Origin: an uncultured virus (IMG/VR IMGVR_UViG_3300009128_000001)
Taxonomy: Duplodnaviria; Heunggongvirae; Uroviricota; Caudoviricetes
Strand: one strand, 5' to 3'
Length of the DNA stretch: 64,000 nucleotides
IMG/VR virus record: IMGVR_UViG_3300009128_000001
The notes under the pieces were generated by a model that saw only the letters and a list, made by a program, of their open reading frames with translations, was not told where the DNA came from and ran no database searches. Positions within the stretch are counted from its first letter, which is position 1, and each line of letters starts with the position of its first letter. Positions 8,863 to 16,530 of the stretch are shown one piece after another. The translations under genes were made by a program, and so were the position numbers.

Positions 8863-9705
8863 TTAAGTATAAGAATATCTTTTAACTCCCGGAGTATTGG
8901 CAACAGCTTTATACCATTCCGGATGTTTAGATATATCATCCATTTTGGCCTTCTCAACTTTTCCATCTGGATGTATAACCTCGACATTACTATCTATTGG
9001 TCTAATCCATGAAGCATATTCCCAATGATCCCTGGGGCTATGTCCTGTAACCACACTTCCCTCTAAAGGATTTTTATCTTTACCTTGCCAACCGCCAAGG
9101 CCCAGCTTATCAGGATTTCTGGGAGCAAGTATATCTTTTCCATGCCCAGCAACCAATCCTTTTTTTCCTTCAGTTAATTTGTTGGTCTTTTCGTTATAAT
9201 CAAGGCCCGCAGTATTTCTATTAATATGTGAAGCAACAACTTTATCTGGCGGAATGTATCTACCTTCAGGTGTCGTATAACCGCTCGAACTTAAGGGAGT
9301 TGCTCTAATTCGATTTTCCGGTTTAGTTGCCGCAAGAATTTGTCCTGACTGTTTCCATGACGGCAAGTTCAGCTTAAAGCGATCGACAATTTTTTGTGCT
9401 GTTTGTCCGGACACAGAAATTCTAACACCATCTATCATAAGGTAATCAGGCAACACTTTATATCTAAATTTCATTCCATTTGGCCCTTGGACAGTTATTG
9501 GAACCATATTTTTACGTATGCTATCGTATGTATACCGCTTGAATATTTCCGCCAAAATTAATTTTTCGCGTTCTGGTCCATGTCCAACCGCCAATAATTT
9601 CTCTTTAAAGCTAATTTTTTTAGGGCCAAGTTCCTGTTCAACCAGCTTAGTTAATGTTCCGGCGGCTATTTTTTTGAGTGCCATTTTTCTAAAATTTTTA
9701 TTCAT
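8863..9705 (-). CDS. conserved uncharacterised protein with ALKKIAA leader
   Basis: PDYL, TAQKI, LVAGHGKD, GWQ, H..EY motifs recall a bacterial hypothetical family; ATG 9705 has a GAGG RBS. Confidence 0.55.
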   Translation of the reverse strand: MNKNFRKMALKKIAAGTLTKLVEQELGPKKISFKEKLLAVGHGPEREKLILAEIFKRYTYDSIRKNMVPITVQGPNGMKFRYKVLPDYLMIDGVRISVSGQTAQKIVDRFKLNLPSWKQSGQILAATKPENRIRATPLSSSGYTTPEGRYIPPDKVVASHINRNTAGLDYNEKTNKLTEGKKGLVAGHGKDILAPRNPDKLGLGGWQGKDKNPLEGSVVTGHSPRDHWEYASWIRPIDSNVEVIHPDGKVEKAKMDDISKHPEWYKAVANTPGVKRYSYT

Positions 9706-9770
9706 GTCGAGCCTCAAAAGTATTCAAAAATATTGATAATGTATTGCTTAAATCCGCCTAAATTTTGTTA

Positions 9771-9799
9771 TTGACATTTTGACGCCAACTGATTATATT
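9771..9799 (+). promoter_or_regulatory. sigma70-like promoter of PARP gene
   Basis: TTGACA-17 nt-TATATT. Confidence 0.65.
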
Positions 9800-9840
9800 A
9801 TAACGTATGGTCGCGAAAATATTGTGGGAGATAATTAACA

Positions 9841-11319
9841 ATGGCAGTAAAAGTAAATAAAGCGCCGCTACTAGCTGATGGAAAATATGATGTTCAAGAA
9901 GTCAAGGAGTTGAATTTCTTTGATTTATCGGGGCAGAAGGCAAAAACCAAAGGAACGAGCAATAAAAGCTACCATATAGAGCTGCAAACGGCGAAGAGTG
10001 GTGATAAAGCTCAGTTGTACAGTATGTGGGGTCCTACTGGGGGACAACAGCGTGAAGACTGGAGATATTACGATTCAGAATTTGCTGCTCGTAAAGATTT
10101 TGAAAAGATCATCAAGTCCAAAAAGAAAAAGGGCTATGTTGAGGTTGATGTGGCCCAACGCGCGTATGGTTCTAAGGAAGCCAAACAAATAACCAAATCG
10201 GTCATACTAACAAACGCACAGCAGGTCGATCCAAAAGCACCTGTATGTAAGTTGCAGCCTAAGGTACAGGAGTTAGTATCTAAATTATTTGGTAGCACAA
10301 ATGACTTCGTTATTACCACGCTAAAATGTCCGTTGGGCCAATTAACCAACAACCAAATTGATAAGGGGAGGGATGTTTTACAAGAGGCCGAAAAGCTAGT
10401 AAAACAGAAACGAAAAAACAAATCTAAGCTGGAAGATTTGACCAACCAATTTTATGCGGCCATTCCTCATAATCTTGGGTGCGGATCTCGCGGACAAATG
10501 ACGCATCTAATCTTGGACGATCCTATGAAGATTGCTCAAAAAGACGCTGATTTGGATACACTATTAGATGCCAAACAGGTAGGCGCAGTTCTAACCTCAG
10601 ACAATATTACAGATCAATATAATAGTTTAAATTCAGAAATTGAATATTTAGATCCAAAAAGCTATGATTTCCAATGGATAGACGCCATGATTCAAGGAAC
10701 TAGGGCGAGTAATCATCATTGGCTTGGAAAAATCAGGCTACAAAATGTTTGGACAATGAGCAGAAAGGGCGAATCTGATTTATTTTTCAAGAATGCGGAA
10801 AAAATTGCTGGCGCCTGTGGAAAACAACCATTGCCTTCAAAGCTTGCTAAATACGTCAAGGAGCGCCCGAAGATGCCCAAGGGTCATGGCACCCTATTTA
10901 CCAAAGCAAACGTTCTACCGCTCTGTCATGGCACTAGAACGGCCAATTTAATCGGTATCACCAGGAATGGCTTTCTAATTAGGCCATCGGGGGCAGTTTT
11001 AACAGGAGCAATGTACGGAAATGCGGTATATTTCGGCATGTTTTCAAAGGCTGCGAATTATGCCAGTGTAAGATCTTCATATTGGGCTCAGGGAAATGAT
11101 GATACAGGGTTTGTATTTTTATCTGATGTAGCGCTAGGCAAACAAAAAGTCGCGGGGTATTCTGGGAGATATACGTTAAATAATATTAAGCCATGTCACA
11201 GCGTTTGGGCCAAGGGAGGTCACAGTGGCGTAATTAATGACGAGTTTATGGTATACAATCCTGCGGGCAAAAATCAACAACATAAAATCAATTATTTGCT
11301 GGAGTTTAAATGTGGTTAA
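9841..11319 (+). CDS. poly(ADP-ribose) polymerase-like protein (WGR + regulatory + catalytic domains)
   Basis: WGR-like N-terminus (NKSYHIEL, WGPTG, FEK...K.KKGY), regulatory domain (PLGQLT..QI.KG, LTNQFY..IPH), catalytic H-Y-E (HGT, GAMYGNAVYF, KAANY, NDEFMVY). Confidence 0.9.
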   Translation: MAVKVNKAPLLADGKYDVQEVKELNFFDLSGQKAKTKGTSNKSYHIELQTAKSGDKAQLYSMWGPTGGQQREDWRYYDSEFAARKDFEKIIKSKKKKGYVEVDVAQRAYGSKEAKQITKSVILTNAQQVDPKAPVCKLQPKVQELVSKLFGSTNDFVITTLKCPLGQLTNNQIDKGRDVLQEAEKLVKQKRKNKSKLEDLTNQFYAAIPHNLGCGSRGQMTHLILDDPMKIAQKDADLDTLLDAKQVGAVLTSDNITDQYNSLNSEIEYLDPKSYDFQWIDAMIQGTRASNHHWLGKIRLQNVWTMSRKGESDLFFKNAEKIAGACGKQPLPSKLAKYVKERPKMPKGHGTLFTKANVLPLCHGTRTANLIGITRNGFLIRPSGAVLTGAMYGNAVYFGMFSKAANYASVRSSYWAQGNDDTGFVFLSDVALGKQKVAGYSGRYTLNNIKPCHSVWAKGGHSGVINDEFMVYNPAGKNQQHKINYLLEFKCG

Positions 11320-11320
11320 T

Positions 11321-11716
11321 ATGAGATTTTCGCCTCAAGAAAAAGAGCTAATATATTCAGCCCTAAAGCAGAGGCATAATAAAATCCAAAAATTATATTA
11401 CCAATTAGATTTCTCATTTTATGAACACAACTTAAAGCGCCAATTGGTATTAATTATGAATCAACTAGATAAACTGTCTAATTTTATTGGCGCGAATGAC
11501 ATTGTCGAATTAGAAGGATTATCCAATGATGAAGTAGCATTAATAAAAATGGCGCTCCAATCTAAAATAGAGCATTTAAGGATAAGGTATATAAAGTTTT
11601 CGGCCAAACATTCTGTAGAAAAATACGTCAGAAATAACCTGGATGAACTAATAGGGAGATACATAGAATTACAGAAAGATATAATGTTTGCTACATCGGA
11701 TCATCATGTTTTTTAA
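11321..11716 (+). CDS. hypothetical helical protein with internal duplication
   Basis: ELIYSALKQR..KI / ALIKMALQSKIEHL repeat; ATG 11321 directly follows PARP stop. Confidence 0.55.
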   Translation: MRFSPQEKELIYSALKQRHNKIQKLYYQLDFSFYEHNLKRQLVLIMNQLDKLSNFIGANDIVELEGLSNDEVALIKMALQSKIEHLRIRYIKFSAKHSVEKYVRNNLDELIGRYIELQKDIMFATSDHHVF

Positions 11717-11939
11717 TAAGAAAAATAAAAAGAAAAAAATAGTAGATAATGAGGTTGTGTGGGAAGAAGGAAACAATAGGATATTACTCAATAATAATAA
11801 GAAATTGATTGTAGAGAGAAAAATGAGACTAGACTCTTATCACTGCGAACCATTTTGGGCCCAAGAAAGCAATCCTATGCGAGTAATGAAGGCTGTTGGC
11901 AGGGCGTATCTAAAGCTATTGTTGGAAAAATATGAGTAA
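11706..11939 (+). CDS. hypothetical protein
   Basis: ORF coupled to upstream gene. Confidence 0.5.
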   Translation: MFFNKKNKKKKIVDNEVVWEEGNNRILLNNNKKLIVERKMRLDSYHCEPFWAQESNPMRVMKAVGRAYLKLLLEKYE

Positions 11940-12002
11940 TATATAAATTGATCGAGCAAGACAAGGGCCCTGGTTATTATTTTTGGTAATCGGGGCCGAC
12001 TA

Positions 12003-12758
12003 TTATTTATCACCGTTTTTCACACGTTTTAACCATTCTTTTGCCGGCATACACCCCTTTTTAGAATTGCAAGATGTACAAGAGGGTCTGAAGTTAGATA
12101 AGCAATGTGGACCTCCTAGATATAATGGTTTTAGATGATCTATACAATCAAAAGGGCCACCACAATAAGCGCATCTATTTTGAAAAACAGAAAGCCTATC
12201 TTTTAACTGAGATGATGTGAATTTATATATTGTTGCGCGATTTTTTCTTGCCCTACGTCGGTGGGCCATCTCTAAAACTTTTGCAGGATTATTCTTTTTC
12301 CATCTTGCAGCACTTTTGTGGGCATTTTCTTTATTATTTTTGTAATATTTTTTTATAGCTTCTGTCCTTTTATTTTTATTATTTTTTAACCATTTCTTTT
12401 TTATGTTATTAGATTTTTCTCTATTTTCTTCTGCCCACTTTTTGTTTCCATCTAATATTTTTTTTCTATTCGGTTTATATCTTATATCTGAATAACATTT
12501 TCTACATAAACTTTGGTAACCATCTTTTCGCTGAGAGTTTTTACTGAAATTTTCAATTTTTAATTCTTTTTTACAGTGTTTACATGTTTTGGTTTTTATA
12601 TCCGGCTTCGTAGCGTTTTTCAATTTTTCATGAGATTTTTTGGCTCCTATTTTTCTACAACTCTTGCATTGAGAAGTTAATCCGTCAGGCTTGCTTCTCT
12701 GAATATGAAATTCCGTCTTTTCTTTTTCGAGCCCACACTTAGAACATTTCTTTAGCAT
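12003..12758 (-). CDS. HNH homing endonuclease with tandem Zn-ribbon repeats
   Basis: Two KxCxxC...F...DG....CxxC repeats; CAYCG...IDHLKPL..GGPH..SN..PSC..CN..K; antisense to neighbours. Confidence 0.85.
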   Translation of the reverse strand: MLKKCSKCGLEKEKTEFHIQRSKPDGLTSQCKSCRKIGAKKSHEKLKNATKPDIKTKTCKHCKKELKIENFSKNSQRKDGYQSLCRKCYSDIRYKPNRKKILDGNKKWAEENREKSNNIKKKWLKNNKNKRTEAIKKYYKNNKENAHKSAARWKKNNPAKVLEMAHRRRARKNRATIYKFTSSQLKDRLSVFQNRCAYCGGPFDCIDHLKPLYLGGPHCLSNFRPSCTSCNSKKGCMPAKEWLKRVKNGDK

Positions 12759-12841
12759 AATAATCACCCTGTTTATATGATGATTTATTGCCTGTTCTTG
12801 ATGTAAATTTTCGCAACTTACTAAAAAATAAGGATAAAATA

Positions 12842-13948
12842 ATGTTATTGCAAACTGGCCTCTCATATGACGACGTCCTCTTAGTCCCTCAAAGAAGCAA
12901 TATACCCAGCAGATCTGATATTGATTTATCGGTATATCTCGGCAAAGGCATACAATTAGATGTTCCTATCGTCTCGGCCAATATGAAAAATGTAACTGGT
13001 TCTGAAATGGCTAAAAAGATTGCAAAAATGGGCGGTTTGGGATTATTACATAGATTTTGCTCTGTCGAAGAGCAAGTAGACATGTTTAAAGATGCTGCCG
13101 GTAATTATAATACTCTTGGGTGTTCTATTGGTGTACAGGATAAGGATTTTGATCGAGCCGCAGCGCTAATTGAACATGGTTGTGAGATTATTTGTATTGA
13201 CGTTGCACATGGTCATAGCGAGTTATGTTTGAAAATGACGAGCACATTACGCGATTATATAGAGCACCAAAAACTTAATGTTCTTATTATAGCCGGAAAT
13301 GTCGCAACAGCTAGAGGGGCTGAAGATTTATATCAAGCCGGCGCAGATGTAATTAAAGTTGGAATTGGCAGCGGTTCATTATGTAGTACCAGATTAGAAG
13401 CCGGAGCTGGGGTTCCTCAATTAACAGCTCTGGAGAATTGTTTTCATGCAAGCTTGGCAACCAAAATGTATGAAAGTAATGTAAAAATTGAGAGCAACAC
13501 CCATGCTGGCGGTGTAGTGAATCTCGGACCACATGAGATATGGGATTGGGATGCGCCTAGAAAATTCAAGATTATAGCTGATGGTGGAATTAGGCGCGCT
13601 GGAGATTGTGTAAAGGCATTAGCATTTGCTGACGCTGTAATGCTAGGAAATGTTTTAGCCGGCACAGATGAGGCTCCAGGAAATATTATTACAATCAATG
13701 GTATAAAATATAAAGAGTATGAAGGATCTAGCACACATAAGAGCAAGCATGTCGAAGGTGTCAAAGGGATGGTTCCTCTAAAAGGACCGGTTAATTTGGT
13801 GGTAGAAAAATTATTAGAGGGAATTCGCTCTGGATGTTCATATCAAGGCGCGGAAGATCTGGAAGAATTAAAAGAATGTGCGGAATTTATACAGATTAGC
13901 GGGGCAGGATTAGCAGAGAGTCACCCGCATGATATATATTTAAAGTGA
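12842..13948 (+). CDS. IMP dehydrogenase / GMP reductase family protein (no CBS domains)
   Basis: LSYDDVLLVP, SANM, IDVAHGH, GIGSGSLCSTR, IIADGGI, EG..G.V; YEGSS instead of YRGMGS leans to GMP reductase. Confidence 0.9.
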   Translation: MLLQTGLSYDDVLLVPQRSNIPSRSDIDLSVYLGKGIQLDVPIVSANMKNVTGSEMAKKIAKMGGLGLLHRFCSVEEQVDMFKDAAGNYNTLGCSIGVQDKDFDRAAALIEHGCEIICIDVAHGHSELCLKMTSTLRDYIEHQKLNVLIIAGNVATARGAEDLYQAGADVIKVGIGSGSLCSTRLEAGAGVPQLTALENCFHASLATKMYESNVKIESNTHAGGVVNLGPHEIWDWDAPRKFKIIADGGIRRAGDCVKALAFADAVMLGNVLAGTDEAPGNIITINGIKYKEYEGSSTHKSKHVEGVKGMVPLKGPVNLVVEKLLEGIRSGCSYQGAEDLEELKECAEFIQISGAGLAESHPHDIYLK

Positions 13949-13955
13949 GAGGAAA

Positions 13956-14192
13956 ATGAATTTATACACTGTAGGCGGCATTAAAGATACTATTAAAATG
14001 TTTTACCCGACCGTAAAGGAGGTTAGGGTAAAAGAACATATGGGACAATTTAAAGTTACTATAACTGTTATTTTGTACAAATATTCGTGGTTTTATTTAG
14101 GAATCATGCATTATATTATTAAGAAAAAAATAGAAAAATTAGTACATGATCATGGCGCATATTACTACGAATATAAAATCAAGGTAAGATAA
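13956..14192 (+). CDS. hypothetical protein
   Basis: GAGG RBS, operon position. Confidence 0.55.
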   Translation: MNLYTVGGIKDTIKMFYPTVKEVRVKEHMGQFKVTITVILYKYSWFYLGIMHYIIKKKIEKLVHDHGAYYYEYKIKVR

Positions 14193-14193
14193 C

Positions 14194-15021
14194 ATGGATA
14201 AAGAACTAATGAAAGTACATTTATTAATTATTGATCCTCAGGTAGATTTTTGCGATGAGGATGATGGGGTATTAGCTGTTCCTGGAGCAGATGATGATGT
14301 TAGACGATTGGCTCGCTTTATAGATAAGGCCGCCCCTTTTATTGATGAGGTTATAGTAAGTCTAGATATGCACCATAAATATGATATTTCTCATCCGTCA
14401 TGGTTCATAAATACAAAATTAGAATCTCCGGAGCCTTTTTCACAAATAACGGCGCAAGATTTAGAAGAGGGAAAATGGTGTACTGTTCATAATGGACATT
14501 TTGAGCGCACATTAAATTATTTAAAGAAACTAAAAGACAACGAAAGATATCCTCATACTATATGGCCAGAACATTGTCTTATCGGATCTCATGGAGCAGC
14601 AATGGAGATATATGTTGAAGATGCTGTATATAAATGGGCGCATAGGCAAGGCACTGACCCAAGATTTATCATGAAGGGAATGAACCAATTTACTGAACAT
14701 TTTAGCGCGGTTAGAGCGGAAGTAATAGATGATGACGATCCTTCTACCGCCGAAAACCAAGAACTATTCAACACAGTATTACAGGCTGATATGATATTGT
14801 TAGCGGGGGAAGCTGGATCACACTGCCTGGCTAATACGGCACTAGATTTAGTTAAACATTTCGGACACATGCATGCCGCGGAAAAGTTAGTGCTGCTTAG
14901 TGATACTACATCTCCCGTTCCTGGGTTTGAATATTTACAGGAAGGTTTTATTAAAAGGTTGACACCGCTAGGAATGCGAGTTAAAACTACAAAAGAAATG
15001 ATAGAGGAATTATGTTCATAG
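14194..15021 (+). CDS. pncA: nicotinamidase (isochorismatase family)
   Basis: IIDPQVDF, G.LAVPGA, SLDMH, WPEHC..GSHG, KG, GEAGSHC catalytic Cys. Confidence 0.85.
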   Translation: MDKELMKVHLLIIDPQVDFCDEDDGVLAVPGADDDVRRLARFIDKAAPFIDEVIVSLDMHHKYDISHPSWFINTKLESPEPFSQITAQDLEEGKWCTVHNGHFERTLNYLKKLKDNERYPHTIWPEHCLIGSHGAAMEIYVEDAVYKWAHRQGTDPRFIMKGMNQFTEHFSAVRAEVIDDDDPSTAENQELFNTVLQADMILLAGEAGSHCLANTALDLVKHFGHMHAAEKLVLLSDTTSPVPGFEYLQEGFIKRLTPLGMRVKTTKEMIEELCS

Positions 15022-15596
15022 AGCAACAAGTTGGAATGATAGCTATATCTTATCTCGGGAGAGTAATAGGATATGACCGCAATATGTTATTTTTTAATCA
15101 TCATGCTTATTGGGATAGATTTAGCGAAGTAACAGATGATTCAATATTGATCATGGGAAACAGAACATTCAATCTCATTCCAAAAAAAATATTGCACAAA
15201 AAACCAAAACACGTATTAAGCCGTCATGCGCAAGGTTATTATCCAGACACTCAATGGTTTGGAGATTTTAATGATGCATTATTAGCTTGTCCGGTAGATG
15301 CTAAAATTTGGATTGTTGGCGGTTTAGAAATATTTAATCTTGCATTGCCGCTAAGGATTCCAGATTTCGTCGATCTTACAATAGTAGAGCGCACATATAT
15401 TCCGCCCATGCAAGATCCGCCAATTACTATTAAGCAAAAAGTGGAAAGATTGGATGCTATACCGCTAGACTATTCAATAGATTTTGAATATGAGAATCCA
15501 GAAGACGAAACATTACTTCATAGAAGATATTTTTTAAGAAAGAAAAAAGGGACAAAATCGTTTATTAATGAATTGCGCGAAAAAGTGAGTGGCTAA
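15012..15596 (+). CDS. dihydrofolate reductase-like protein (divergent)
   Basis: RVIG, LIMGNRTF, VLSR, IWIVGG.EIF, LTIV. Confidence 0.7.
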   Translation: MFIEQQVGMIAISYLGRVIGYDRNMLFFNHHAYWDRFSEVTDDSILIMGNRTFNLIPKKILHKKPKHVLSRHAQGYYPDTQWFGDFNDALLACPVDAKIWIVGGLEIFNLALPLRIPDFVDLTIVERTYIPPMQDPPITIKQKVERLDAIPLDYSIDFEYENPEDETLLHRRYFLRKKKGTKSFINELREKVSG

Positions 15597-15624
15597 TATT
15601 TTCGCATATATATGGTGTAGTAAT

Positions 15625-16137
15625 ATGAGAACAGTAATAATATTAAGAGGCGTACCAGGCTCCGGAAAATCTACATTTGGCCGGAACCTAATCGAAGAGG
15701 CTAAAAAGCAACAACTGAACACAAAAACAGTAAGTGCCGATCACTTTTTTAATGAATTTGGTGAGGATGGCGGAGAATATAGGTTTGATCGTTCTAAGCT
15801 AGGGACGGCTCATGCCAAATGTTTTCGAAACTTTATAGATGGAATGCAAAAAGGCTCTGATTTAATTGTGGTAGATAATACCAATACGTCCAGCATAGAA
15901 ATAGCCCCTTACAGACAAGGGGCTCATGCGTATGGGTATGACGTAGTAATTAAAACAGTTATGGCAGATCCTGAGGTTGCTTTTGAGCGAGGTTTGCATG
16001 GAGTGCCTATATCCGCAATCAAAAGAATGCACGAAACACTTCATAGAAATCTGCCGCCATATTGGGAAAAGCAGGAGGTATACAGATCGGCAACAACAAC
16101 ATCTGGAGAAGCTATTTTTGCATTAGAAGTAAATTAA
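15625..16137 (+). CDS. P-loop polynucleotide-kinase-like protein (AAA_33 / N4BP2-like)
   Basis: ILRGVPGSGKST, SADHFF, AH..C, VVDNTN, HGVP. Confidence 0.8.
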   Translation: MRTVIILRGVPGSGKSTFGRNLIEEAKKQQLNTKTVSADHFFNEFGEDGGEYRFDRSKLGTAHAKCFRNFIDGMQKGSDLIVVDNTNTSSIEIAPYRQGAHAYGYDVVIKTVMADPEVAFERGLHGVPISAIKRMHETLHRNLPPYWEKQEVYRSATTTSGEAIFALEVN

Positions 16138-16155
16138 CATAGTGAGGACAAATAT

Positions 16156-16530
16156 ATGCCCCGAACACAGGACGCAGGCGCAGCACCTAAAGATAAACAG
16201 AGAGAGCAATTCCTAATCAAAGTAAAAACATTAGAATTAGCCAACCAAGTCCGAAAAGAAATCTTATTCGGAATTAAGCCAAGAATGTGGGTATACGTTA
16301 TTGCCACCCCTCGCGAAGAAGATTTTTATGATATTTTTGTGGCAAACGAACACGGCGGCTCTTTAGAAGACGAAAGAGTAAAAAGCGCCCAATTATTTAT
16401 AGAAAAATTCTTATCGGATAATGACCTTAATATAAAAGAAGAGCCCATTACCAAAAAGGGCTCTTCAGAAGCATCAGATCAGCCTGCTGAATCTGTTGAA
16501 GATTCCGCTAGTCTACAGAAACTGTCTTAA
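16156..16530 (+). CDS. hypothetical protein
   Basis: GAGG RBS, 124 aa. Confidence 0.6.
   Translation: MPRTQDAGAAPKDKQREQFLIKVKTLELANQVRKEILFGIKPRMWVYVIATPREEDFYDIFVANEHGGSLEDERVKSAQLFIEKFLSDNDLNIKEEPITKKGSSEASDQPAESVEDSASLQKLS
16431..16466 (-). terminator. possible intrinsic terminator for the M23-CCA gene
   Basis: Minus strand GAAGAGCCC-11 nt-GGGCTCTTC-TTTTATA about 40 nt past the 16508 stop; lies inside the opposite-strand CDS. Confidence 0.35.

Noticed and set aside
13440..13570. Intein or intron in IMPDH/GMPR
   Set aside because: Insert is only about 30 aa, in frame, with no C/S...HN splice motifs
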